A stretch of DNA of 24,000 nucleotides from Methylocaldum szegediense (GTDB lineage: Bacteria > Pseudomonadota > Gammaproteobacteria > Methylococcales > Methylococcaceae), in assembly GCF_949769195.1 (NCBI RefSeq), contig NZ_OX458334.1:1723-25722 (forward strand). Reading direction: 5' to 3'. The position numbers were made by a program, and so were the translations under genes. This document shows positions 15,763-24,000 of the stretch, in pieces; position 1 is the first letter of the stretch; each line of letters opens with the position of its first letter. The notes under the pieces were generated by a model that was given only the letters and a program-made list of their open reading frames with translations, did not search any database and was not told where the DNA came from.

Positions 15763-16410
15763 TTACTCACTGAACACCTCCTGATACAGTGCTTCGATTT
15801 CCTCCGAGGCCTTCGGGTCCTTTGGCTTGAGCTCGTCGACACAAAGACCGTCGCGGGCTGCCTTTCGATACGCGATCCGGTCCCGAATCACTACACCTGA
15901 CAAGATCAGGTGCGAGAACTCAGCCAGGATGTCCTGGGCATCCTGGGACTCGTGAACCGAAGGGTTGGTCGAAACTCGGCTGATCACCACCCATGCCCGA
16001 AGATTCGGGTTGAACCCCTGGGCGCTGCTCACCAGCTCGTCCATGCGGTCGAGGGTCCAGATATCGAACTGGCTCGGCTGGATCGGGATATAAGCCTTGT
16101 CGGCCACCACCAGGCCGGCTCGCAGCTCCACCGAATCGCGACCGCCGGCATCGATGATGATGTCCTGGTATCGCTTGGCCAGGTCCTGAACCTCCGACTG
16201 GAGGCCTTTTCCGAACTTCTGCACGCAGGCCACCCGCCGCGGCTTCGCTTCGGACTCGTCCCGGCTCTGCGCCCAATAATTCGCGCTGCCCTGCTGGTCG
16301 GTGTCGATCAGCAGCACATCACGGCCCGCCAATGCGCGCTTCGCGGCTAGGTTGGTAGCCAGCGTAGTCTTGCCGGTGCCCCCTTTCTCGCCGCCGATTA
16401 GTATGATCAT
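15763..16410 (-). CDS. parA: ParA-family partition ATPase
   Basis: 215 aa; GGEKGGTGKTTLATNLAAKRALAGRDVLLIDTDQQGSANYW and DIIIDAGGRDSVELRAGLVVADKAYIPIQPSQFD. Confidence 0.95.
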   Translation of the reverse strand: MIILIGGEKGGTGKTTLATNLAAKRALAGRDVLLIDTDQQGSANYWAQSRDESEAKPRRVACVQKFGKGLQSEVQDLAKRYQDIIIDAGGRDSVELRAGLVVADKAYIPIQPSQFDIWTLDRMDELVSSAQGFNPNLRAWVVISRVSTNPSVHESQDAQDILAEFSHLILSGVVIRDRIAYRKAARDGLCVDELKPKDPKASEEIEALYQEVFSE

Positions 16411-16431
16411 GATACCCTCATACGGTATTGA

Positions 16432-16543
16432 ATGATTTCATATCATATCATTTCGCATGATACCTAAATTCGCAATATCGGGGATTCAGGAAACTACCGC
16501 GCCGATCATTTCTGATTTCATACCATACCATTCGATATGGTAT
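16432..16543. promoter_or_regulatory. parA upstream palindromic sites (operator/centromere candidate)
   Basis: ATGATTTCATATCAT (16432-16446); ATACCAT (16525-16531)/ATGGTAT (16537-16543); related sites at 15665-15679 and 14756-14770. Confidence 0.6.
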
Positions 16544-16546
16544 GTC

Positions 16547-16876
16547 TCAGTGCCGCAACCTTGCCCATAGTACCCGGATAATGAGCCCGGACGCATCGTC
16601 CGGATCCATGGACAAGCAACTATCCGCGGCATCTCCATATTTGATCCGTTGGCAGTCCATCAACAGGTCGCGATTGTCATGCCATAGCCCGAACTCGTTT
16701 CGGATCCGCATACCAAGGCCGAAATGCAAATCAATCAAGTCGCCTTCGATCAGAGCCGCGATTTCTTCTTTCTCCGCTTGGCTCAGCATGAACGCCAACC
16801 GGTCTACCGCTTCGTTGAGGGTTCGGGGCAAATCTCGGTCGGCATCTGAATCGGACGGCTGTAACAACTTGGTCAC
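16547..16876 (-). CDS. DUF6794-like small protein
   Basis: 109 aa; LPRTLNEAVDRLAFMLSQAEKEEIAALIEGDLIDLHFGLGMRIRNEFGLWHDN resembles this family from memory. Confidence 0.7.
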   Translation of the reverse strand: MTKLLQPSDSDADRDLPRTLNEAVDRLAFMLSQAEKEEIAALIEGDLIDLHFGLGMRIRNEFGLWHDNRDLLMDCQRIKYGDAADSCLSMDPDDASGLIIRVLWARLRH

Positions 16877-16935
16877 TTTCTTTACACCAGGCGGAAAACC
16901 AGGGAAATAGGGATTATTTACGGTCTAGCCACAAA

Positions 16936-16960
16936 GTTTTCCACAAAAATTGTGGAAAAC
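16936..16960. promoter_or_regulatory. Perfect 11-bp inverted repeat with opposed DnaA-box-like sequences
   Basis: GTTTTCCACAA-AAA-TTGTGGAAAAC; TTTTCCACA differs from TTATCCACA at one base. Confidence 0.6.
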
Positions 16961-17103
16961 CACCGACTCGATCGTACTGAATTCAAAGGAAGCCACAGCG
17001 GAAAATCGGAACGACTATCTCCTGGCGGAAGAATAAAATTCTGTTTTTTCAACCTCAAATGTGGTAAAAAAAACGGAAATTTAACCGTTACGGGAGTTCG
17101 AGC

Positions 17104-17736
17104 GTGAGCGTCAGCGTCTTTGTTGAAACTAGGGATGTCCACGACCGCCTGGAAGCTTTAGGCCTCAATGAAACCGCGTTGTGCAACGCGGTCACGCAAG
17201 GGTATCTGGCCCGCGCGAGACTGACCCAGAATCACCCTCGAATCTTCCATGGCTACGCGGCCTGGGCCGAAACGGTTGCCTCGCTCCGGGATCAACTACG
17301 TCCCCACGGGTGGGAAAAATTCGACAAAGGCAACTACGAACTGACGGTCCATGCGGAACGCGAACTCGCGATCACCGCGGCAACCGGCGACGAGGGGACA
17401 GGTTTGGCTGATGCAACCCCATCGAACAAGTGTCCGAAGGGCAGCAATACGATCGAGGCTATCAATCTCAACAACCAAATCGATCTCTTTCAAGACCTAA
17501 TGCCGCTACCATCCACCGAGAAAGCACCCTTCACAACCTGGATTCTCCTCTATCACTTCGCGCAGGACGAGATTCGGAGCGAGTTGTCCTTACCGTCGTA
17601 TATAGACGCCCACGGAAAAATCCGCGGCTGGAAGGAGCGAATCATATTGCGCTCGATCCCGCTCGATGCGCGCCCCGTCGATGTACGGCCTCCAAAACTA
17701 CCGGACATCAATATCGAAATCAGGCGGCGTGCGTGA
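17104..17736 (+). CDS. Uncharacterised protein, partner of XRE/ImmA-IrrE protein
   Basis: 210 aa (GTG start), 9 bp before the next CDS on the same strand. Confidence 0.7.
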   Translation: MSVSVFVETRDVHDRLEALGLNETALCNAVTQGYLARARLTQNHPRIFHGYAAWAETVASLRDQLRPHGWEKFDKGNYELTVHAERELAITAATGDEGTGLADATPSNKCPKGSNTIEAINLNNQIDLFQDLMPLPSTEKAPFTTWILLYHFAQDEIRSELSLPSYIDAHGKIRGWKERIILRSIPLDARPVDVRPPKLPDINIEIRRRA

Positions 17737-17745
17737 CGAGAGGCT

Positions 17746-18858
17746 ATGTTCAACCCAACGCGCTTCGCTCTCGCCCGCAAACGGCGTGGCATGAAAAAGA
17801 AGGAATTGGCACAACGGGTCGGGATATGTGAGAAATCCGTTTCCGCTTACGAGAAAGGCGCCCAGGAGCCGGAACGGGATACGCTTGACCGGATTGCCCT
17901 CGCGCTTGGATTCCCGCCGGCTTTTTTCATGGGCGACGACATCGACGAGTTGACTCCCGATGTCGCGAGTTTCCGCGCGCTCACGAAAATGACGGCTGGG
18001 CGGCGAGACATGGCTCTCGGCGCGGGAAGCATCGCGCTTCTGTTGAACAAGTGGATCGAGGAACGGTTCGTGTTGCCAGAACCCGATCTTCTCGATCTAG
18101 GACGCGAACCGGGCGAGGCCGCGGGAGCCGAAGGACCGGAAGCGGCGGCAGAGGCATTGCGCCGCCATTGGGGACTTGGAGAACTGCCGATAAAGAACAT
18201 GATCGCCCTTCTAGAATCGAAGGGCGTCCGCGTCTTTTCTCTCGCGATCGACGCCAAGGAAGTCGACGCCTTTTCCATGTGGTACGGCGGCAAGCCGTTC
18301 ATGTTCCTAAACACCCTCAAGTCCGCCGAACACTGCCGATTCGACGCCGCCCACGAACTAGGCCATCTCATAATGCACAAGCATGGCGATCCGCGCGGAC
18401 AAGGGATTGAACGTGAAGCAAACGCCTTCGCGTCGGCATTCTTGATGCCGCGCAGGAGCGTCCTCGCAAACGCGCCGCGCTTGCCAACGCTACCGAATCT
18501 GATTTCAGCCAAGAAATATTGGACCGTTTCGGTCGCGGCCCTCAACTACAGGATGCACGCGCTGGGACTCACGACGGACTGGATCTATCGGACGCTGTGC
18601 ATGCAGATTGCCGAGGCTGGATACCGCACCCTCGAACCCGAGGGCGCGCCGCATGAAACGTCTCAATTGCTCCCCAAGGTGTTTGCCGCCCTTCGAGAAG
18701 AGGGTGTCACCAAGGATGACGTTGCGCGCGAATTATCAATTAGCCCGACCGAAATCGAGCAGTTGACGTTTGGGTTGATGCTGAACGCGCTCAGCAATAC
18801 GGGTCGGACTGTATCTCCCAGGCGGAGTAAAAACGCACATCTCCAAGTTGTGAAATAA
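17746..18858 (+). CDS. XRE HTH / ImmA-IrrE (DUF955) metallopeptidase-domain protein
   Basis: 370 aa; RFALARKRRGMKKKELAQRVGICEKSVSAYEKGAQEPERDTLDRIALALGFPPAFF HTH; AAHELGHLIMHKH carries the HExxH motif. Confidence 0.93.
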   Translation: MFNPTRFALARKRRGMKKKELAQRVGICEKSVSAYEKGAQEPERDTLDRIALALGFPPAFFMGDDIDELTPDVASFRALTKMTAGRRDMALGAGSIALLLNKWIEERFVLPEPDLLDLGREPGEAAGAEGPEAAAEALRRHWGLGELPIKNMIALLESKGVRVFSLAIDAKEVDAFSMWYGGKPFMFLNTLKSAEHCRFDAAHELGHLIMHKHGDPRGQGIEREANAFASAFLMPRRSVLANAPRLPTLPNLISAKKYWTVSVAALNYRMHALGLTTDWIYRTLCMQIAEAGYRTLEPEGAPHETSQLLPKVFAALREEGVTKDDVARELSISPTEIEQLTFGLMLNALSNTGRTVSPRRSKNAHLQVVK

Positions 18859-18873
18859 CCAAGAGTCTGAAAC

Positions 18874-19119
18874 ATGAGCAAAGGCAGAGACCGCACTGTC
18901 TATCGCAGCGGTGACAAATGGATCAACAAGCGGAATGACGCCGATCGAGCATCAAGCAAGCACGACACCCAGAAGGAAGCCATCGATGCGGCGCGCCGCA
19001 TGCTGCGAAACCAGGGCGGCGGCGAGCTGACCACGAAAGGCTTGGACGGCAAAATTAGAAGCAAGGACACCATCCCCCCCGGGCGCGATCCGAATCCGCC
19101 ACGGGACAAGGAACACTGA
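18874..19119 (+). CDS. DUF2188-like small protein
   Basis: 81 aa; RTVYRSGDKWINKRNDADRASSKHDTQKEAIDAARRMLRNQGGGELTTKGLDGKIRSKDTI. Confidence 0.85.
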   Translation: MSKGRDRTVYRSGDKWINKRNDADRASSKHDTQKEAIDAARRMLRNQGGGELTTKGLDGKIRSKDTIPPGRDPNPPRDKEH

Positions 19120-19164
19120 CTTTTCAGCCAGCAGCCATCTCGTTTAAAAAGCCGTAGCGTCGAG

Positions 19165-19587
19165 ATGGTCGATACCCTCACTCCTGCGGAGCGTAGCGAA
19201 CGCATGGGACGCGTCCGCGGCAAGGACACCAAACCGGAAATGAAAGTACGTCGCCTTGTGCATGGCATGGGCTACCGTTACCGCCTACATCGGCGTGACT
19301 TGCCGGGTTGCCCCGATCTTGTCTTTCCTCGGCTTCGCAAGGCGATTTTCGTGCATGGGTGCTTCTGGCACCGGCACCCGGATCCGGAATGTAAGCTCGC
19401 CCGCCTACCGAAATCCCGTCTGGACTTTTGGTGGCCAAAGCTGGAAGGGAATCGCCGTCGCGACGAGGCAAATCAGGCCGCCCTGCTAGCCCTTGGCTGG
19501 CGGTTTCTTGTAATTTGGGAGTGCGAAACAAAAAAAACACAATATCTAGTGATCAAAATAAAAAATTTCCTAGAGGAGGACGAATAG
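19165..19587 (+). CDS. vsr: Very short patch repair endonuclease
   Basis: 140 aa; RSERMGRVRGKDTKPEMKVRRLVHGMGYRYRLHRRDLPGCPDLVFPRLRKAIFVHGCFWHRHPDPECKLARLPKSR. Confidence 0.95.
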   Translation: MVDTLTPAERSERMGRVRGKDTKPEMKVRRLVHGMGYRYRLHRRDLPGCPDLVFPRLRKAIFVHGCFWHRHPDPECKLARLPKSRLDFWWPKLEGNRRRDEANQAALLALGWRFLVIWECETKKTQYLVIKIKNFLEEDE

Positions 19588-19590
19588 AAT

Positions 19591-20775
19591 ATGCGGGCGA
19601 TTGAGTTGTTCGCCGGGGCTGGCGGCTTGGGAATCGGCGTGAGTCGCGCTGGATTCAATCCCGAGGCGGTCATCGAATGGGATGATTATTGTTGCGATAC
19701 CATCCGCGAGAATCAGGCACGTAAACTAGACCCCATCGTGCACTGGCCTCTCTTCCACGGCGATGTGCGGGACTTCGATTTCCGTAGCGTCCGCGGCGAC
19801 GTTGACCTTGTATCGGGCGGTCCACCCTGTCAGCCTTTCTCGCTTGGCGGCAAGCACCGCGGTCCCCTAGATGATCGGGATATGTTCCCGCAAGCCATCC
19901 GCGCGGTGCGTGAATTGAAGCCAAAGTCCTTCATATTCGAGAACGTCAAAGGACTGACCCGCGCTAGTTTCGCTAATTACCTTGAATATATCCGCTTGCG
20001 TCTCACATACCCTGAACTTGTCGAGCGACGAGCCGAGGCTTGGGAAGATCACCTTGCTCGCCTTGAGCGGCATCATACCCGCGGAAAACATAACGGCTTG
20101 CATTACCACATCGTCATGCGGACCCTGAACGCCGCGGATTACGGCATTCCGCAGCGCCGCGAGCGTGTCTTCCTGGTTGGCTTCCGCGCCGATCTCGGCA
20201 TTAAATGGAATTTTCCAGACAAAACGCACGATCAAGACGCCCTTCTGTGGTCGCAATGGCGGACGGGTGAGTATTGGGAGCGGCACAAGGTAGCCAAACG
20301 CCACCGACCGGAAGGCGGTAAGGGCAAGGCTCGCGCCTTCGCGTTGAAGGAACCGCCACGACTCGCGCCGTGGCGCACGGTGCGCGATGCTATTTCCGAC
20401 CTGCCAGACCCGGAGAAAAACCCTGATGCGGCCGCGGCCTTCCATAATCACCGCTTCCAACCCGGAGCCCGCAGCTACCCCGGCCACACTGGCAGCCCCT
20501 TGGACGAACCCGCAAAGACATTAAAAGCCGGAGATCATGGCGTTCCTGGTGGCGAAAACATGCTTTTGCGCCCGGATGGATCCGTTCGTTATTTCACGGT
20601 GCGCGAGAGCGCCCGCCTACAAACATTCCCAGATGAATTCCTATTCCATGGATCGTGGACTGAAACCATGCGCCAGCTTGGAAACGCTGTTCCCGTTGAC
20701 TTGGCTTACATCGTCGCTAGTAGCGTCAAAACACACCTTGATCTTACCGCCACGCCAGCCAAGAACAAACCATAA
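19591..20775 (+). CDS. DNA (cytosine-5-)-methyltransferase
   Basis: 394 aa; AIELFAGAGGLGIGVSRAGF, GGPPCQPFSLGGKHRGPLDDRD, FENVKGL, YGIPQRRERVFLVGF, RESARLQTFPDEF, QLGNAVPVDLA. Confidence 0.97.
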   Translation: MRAIELFAGAGGLGIGVSRAGFNPEAVIEWDDYCCDTIRENQARKLDPIVHWPLFHGDVRDFDFRSVRGDVDLVSGGPPCQPFSLGGKHRGPLDDRDMFPQAIRAVRELKPKSFIFENVKGLTRASFANYLEYIRLRLTYPELVERRAEAWEDHLARLERHHTRGKHNGLHYHIVMRTLNAADYGIPQRRERVFLVGFRADLGIKWNFPDKTHDQDALLWSQWRTGEYWERHKVAKRHRPEGGKGKARAFALKEPPRLAPWRTVRDAISDLPDPEKNPDAAAAFHNHRFQPGARSYPGHTGSPLDEPAKTLKAGDHGVPGGENMLLRPDGSVRYFTVRESARLQTFPDEFLFHGSWTETMRQLGNAVPVDLAYIVASSVKTHLDLTATPAKNKP

Positions 20776-21533
20776 TGCCAGGCTATCTTGAATTTGAATT
20801 CGACCTTCCCGGAGCGCTTCTTGCTAATCTCACGCATCTCTTTGACAGCATGAGTTCCGCCGCGCTATTGCCAAAGAACCTAATTGACATCCCTGATGCG
20901 CAGGGGGTGTATCAACTCCATCTTCGCGGTTCGTTGGTATATATCGGCAAAACGGACGCCGAAGCTGGGCTACGCAAGCGACTTGAACGCCACGCCCGTA
21001 CCATTCAGCACCGTTGCAACCTCGATCCTAACGAAGTCAGCTTCAAAGCCGTGCGAGTGTTCGTCTTCACTGCCATGGACCTTGAATTTCAACTTATCAA
21101 GCATTACAGCGCTATTTCTCCGGTCCCTTGGAACAATAGCGGGTTTGGATCGAACGATCCAGGTCGACGCCGTGACCATTCCAAGGTTAAACCCAATGGC
21201 TTCGACGAACAGTATCCCGTTGATATCAATCGGGAGATTGATTTATGCCTTTCATCGCCCATCAGCGCCGCTGATGCTCTAGCCGCGCTTAAGAAAACTC
21301 TACCCTATACCTTTCGTTTCGAGACTAAAGACGACCGTAGCCGAAAACCACACCCCGATTTAGTTACCACGCAAGTAAATCTTCCCGCAGCCCCCTACAC
21401 TACGCGTCGTTTCCTTGAAAACCTGACATACCAGCTACCCACTGGTTGGCAGGCGACGGCTCTTCCAAGCCGCGTTCTCCTGTATAAGGAGAACGAGGAC
21501 TACGAATTTGGAACGATAATCGCAAGATCATAG
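20775..21533 (+). CDS. Eco29kI-like GIY-YIG Type II restriction endonuclease
   Basis: 252 aa; GVYQLHLRGSLVYIGKTDAEAGLRKRLERHARTIQHRCNL GIY-YIG core; start overlaps the methylase stop by 1 nt (TAATG). Confidence 0.88.
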   Translation: MPGYLEFEFDLPGALLANLTHLFDSMSSAALLPKNLIDIPDAQGVYQLHLRGSLVYIGKTDAEAGLRKRLERHARTIQHRCNLDPNEVSFKAVRVFVFTAMDLEFQLIKHYSAISPVPWNNSGFGSNDPGRRRDHSKVKPNGFDEQYPVDINREIDLCLSSPISAADALAALKKTLPYTFRFETKDDRSRKPHPDLVTTQVNLPAAPYTTRRFLENLTYQLPTGWQATALPSRVLLYKENEDYEFGTIIARS

Positions 21534-22178
21534 GCCCCGCAATAAAAAGCGAACCCATGGGTGAAGAGTTTGGCGCGGACTGCCAGGTGAACCGCGACGG
21601 TCGGTTTTTCTGATCCTTCATCTCCAACCAACCGTTGTGATGGTTTTTGTTATCGTGATCCCACGATGCCATCCACAGTAGCCCCTTCCCTGTTGATCGG
21701 TTAGGCCATACAGCGAAGCGCGATGGCCGTTGTCTAATTACTGCCGGCAGGGATGCCGGCTTCCTTGTAATTTCTAGCGGGGGCTGGATGGGGGCCGGCA
21801 ATGAGGCCCCCGTGGGAAATACACTGCGAAGCTTCCTTTTTGTGTTTTGTACTGATAAATGGTTCTGAATAAGCACAGCCACTTAACCGCTTTGCTCTCC
21901 GTCACTTAACGGCATTGCCTCGGAAAGATTCCCGACACATATTTTCCGGCCATGAAACGCCGTAGAAGGCCGCCCGACAGTTAATTCCCTCCTACCCAGG
22001 CTGAGCCGATTCCGGAGCCTGGATCGGCCGTTCGCGGGCGAATCACCGGCCTTGTGGGTTATATCAACAGGGCTTCGAGGGGCGGTTTTAGCCCGTTCCG
22101 GGAGCGACGCGTGAAAGGGTCTTTCTCTGGCTGGGTGGCGGAGGCTGGAAATAAAGGAGGATAGGGGAGGGAAAGGAG

Positions 22179-22898
22179 TTAGGACGGCGGGCCGGTGCTT
22201 TTCAGGCTGGCCTTGATGCTGGCGAGGATCGCGCCCACGGCCGTTGGCCCGCCGGTCCGGGTCTCGATGGCCGCGGCACCGTCTTGCGGCCCGGCCTTGC
22301 GCTCCGGACCGCGCTTTCCGGCCATGGTCATTTCGATGTGAGGGTTGGCCTTCCGCGCTTTCTTCTCCCGGCGCTTGACGGCCTTCTCCCGCTCGTGCCG
22401 GAGCCATTTCCCAAGACCGAAGGCGTCGAACAGCGAGCGGGACACGGCGCGGATCGCCGCGAACCCCTTGTAAGCGCAATCGTCCAGGCGCTTCGCGATC
22501 GGATGGATCGAGACGATACCGGCGGCCGCCAAATCGTGGATGGCCCGCTCCGCCCGCCGGAGTCCGAGGCCGGAGGTTTTGGCCAGGAATTCCATGGTCA
22601 GGCCCTGAAACGATCCGTCGGACTGAGGAATGCCGACGCGGAGCGTCACGAGGTCTGTGTAGTGCAATAGGCAGCCGAGAAGGCAAATGCACGCCTCGCG
22701 GCGTTCGCTGCGCTGCTGGCGATCGGACTCGTTGACCGCGTTGAGACCGGGGAGAGTTTTTTGGGGGGACGAATAATAGTCGCGGATGCGCTCGATGAGC
22801 TTCCGCAACACGTGAGGCCTGTCGGCGTGTTTCTGAGGCGGATCGAACCAGCGCGGTTTCGCCGGATTGTGGCCGCAACGATTGCCCACGCCGATCAT
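22179..22898 (-). CDS. Putative plasmid replication-associated winged-helix protein
   Basis: 239 aa; LTMEFLAKTSGLGLRRAERAIHDLAAAGIVSIHPIAKRLDDCAYKGFAAIRAVSRSLFDAFGLGKWL is winged-HTH-like; lies downstream of the trfA-like gene. Confidence 0.65.
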   Translation of the reverse strand: MIGVGNRCGHNPAKPRWFDPPQKHADRPHVLRKLIERIRDYYSSPQKTLPGLNAVNESDRQQRSERREACICLLGCLLHYTDLVTLRVGIPQSDGSFQGLTMEFLAKTSGLGLRRAERAIHDLAAAGIVSIHPIAKRLDDCAYKGFAAIRAVSRSLFDAFGLGKWLRHEREKAVKRREKKARKANPHIEMTMAGKRGPERKAGPQDGAAAIETRTGGPTAVGAILASIKASLKSTGPPS

Positions 22899-22955
22899 AG
22901 CGCTATAATGCGGTCGATCGTTCTCATCCCTATGCTACCCAAGAGAATGATTCCG

Positions 22956-22985
22956 GGCCGGCGAGTGTTGCCGCACTCTCCGGCC
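22956..22985. other. Terminator-like hairpin between the trfA-like and 22898 genes
   Basis: GGCCGG-C-GAGTG-TTGCCG-CACTC-T-CCGGCC followed by TTTCC; one internal mismatch. Confidence 0.4.
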
Positions 22986-23100
22986 TTTCCATTTCCCTAA
23001 ACCGTTAAGCCACGCTCGATGGTAGCAGCATAAAAATTTACAGGCGCGGTTATTATCATTTTTATCCCCATTAAAAAAGTAAGGTTTCTGTCACTTTCTT

Positions 23101-23976
23101 TCATTTTGTGACCAGGTTCACAATTTGTTCCCCGTCCGCGGGCACCGCCGCCGGGAAGCCTTGATCGGCTTCCGTTTCGGCCCTCTCGAACTCGAGAACA
23201 ATGTCCTTCGCGCGCCAATTCCTCACTTCGCCGAGGGCCTCCAGTTCCCCCATCGCTTCTCGCAGGCGCTGCCGAAACTCCCGAACGCTCTTGCTCTCGG
23301 AGCCGCAGAGATGGAGCAGCCCGTCAATGCCGACACGGTGACTGACTCCGGGCGGATGCGACCGGACGAAACAGTGGATCCACTTCGCCAAATCCGAGCG
23401 CAGTGCGCTTCGGGTCTGCCACGCCAGCAGCGAATAGCCGTCGTCGAACAACATGGCGAGGCGGGGATTCACGGTCAGCACGTACTCATTAGTGTCGCCG
23501 TCGTGAAAGAACTCGTGCACCAGGGAACCCGTGTAGCTGCGGTTCCCGACGCCAATCTCGACGGCGCAGGCGGTCAGTCGCGTGAGCACCGCTTTCAGCC
23601 ATTCGCGGTTTTGCTTGCCTTTCGATCGTCCGATGCCGTTCAAAAAACCGTACGCGCTGAAGCGGACCTGCGAGCCGAGGGTGTGGTGTCGGGCAAGATG
23701 AACGGCGAACAGCCATACATCGAGATCGGACTGGTCCAGCTTCATCCCGGTGTAGCGGATCGTGACGCCGGGCCAGCTGGCGATCAGCTCCTTTTCGGCA
23801 TACCGGCGCCGCCCGCGGCGAACTACGCCGAACAAGGCCGATCGGACAATCGCGTTGGGAACGCCGCGATTGGGTTCGGGCCACAGCGGCAATTGAATGA
23901 AAGACTTCGAAGGAGAGGACGGGCGTCTACGCTGGCGAAGCGCCAGCGCGGCGGTTTGACTGTCCCGCGGATCCAC
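23101..23976 (-). CDS. trfA: TrfA-family plasmid replication initiator
   Basis: At least 291 aa; IQLPLWPEPNRGVPNAIVRSALFGVVRRGRRRYAEKELIASWPGVTIRYTGMKLDQSDLDVWLFAVHLAR. The true start may lie beyond the window edge. Confidence 0.9.
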   Translation of the reverse strand: MDPRDSQTAALALRQRRRPSSPSKSFIQLPLWPEPNRGVPNAIVRSALFGVVRRGRRRYAEKELIASWPGVTIRYTGMKLDQSDLDVWLFAVHLARHHTLGSQVRFSAYGFLNGIGRSKGKQNREWLKAVLTRLTACAVEIGVGNRSYTGSLVHEFFHDGDTNEYVLTVNPRLAMLFDDGYSLLAWQTRSALRSDLAKWIHCFVRSHPPGVSHRVGIDGLLHLCGSESKSVREFRQRLREAMGELEALGEVRNWRAKDIVLEFERAETEADQGFPAAVPADGEQIVNLVTK

Positions 23977-24000
23977 GTTTTCGGCCAGTTGTTCTTTTTT

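Noticed and set aside
17847-18545. ORF of 232 aa, minus strand
   Set aside because: Antisense to the XRE/ImmA-IrrE gene with conserved motifs.
19867-20487. ORF of 206 aa, minus strand
   Set aside because: Antisense to the C5-cytosine methyltransferase.
21400-21882. ORF of 160 aa, minus strand
   Set aside because: Overlaps the end of the GIY-YIG nuclease gene; no recognised motif. The non-overlapping part cannot be fully excluded as a small gene.
21883-22878. ORF of 331 aa, + strand
   Set aside because: Antisense to the winged-helix replication-associated gene; Arg/Pro-rich composition typical of a shadow ORF.

Overview
This window looks like part of a broad-host-range-type plasmid backbone with accessory modules. 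It carries a trfA-family replication initiator at the right edge, a parA partition locus, a kfrA-like gene at the left edge and two serine recombinases. Other supported content: (i) a CRISPR array of 15 perfect 36-bp repeats plus one degenerate terminal repeat (7910-8997), with no cas gene in the window; (ii) a probable Type II restriction-modification island (17104-21533) with an XRE/ImmA-IrrE protein, DUF2188, Vsr, a C5-cytosine methylase and an Eco29kI-like GIY-YIG nuclease; (iii) a tightly packed five-gene + strand operon (10274-12838) with a Walker ATPase that has a C-terminal TM segment, a membrane-anchored coiled-coil protein and a YdjM-like membrane protein; (iv) Gp157-like and possible single-strand-annealing-like phage/plasmid recombination genes. 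The most unusual non-coding signals are a roughly 1-kb tract almost devoid of T on the + strand (about 14 T in 5881-6840; no T in 6515-6798), a tRNA-like gene with a 43-nt anticodon loop (36 nt too long), a family of ATGATTTCAtATCAT palindromes across the par locus, and a perfect 11-bp inverted repeat containing opposed DnaA-box-like sequences. All family names come from reading the ORF translations. No database search was run.
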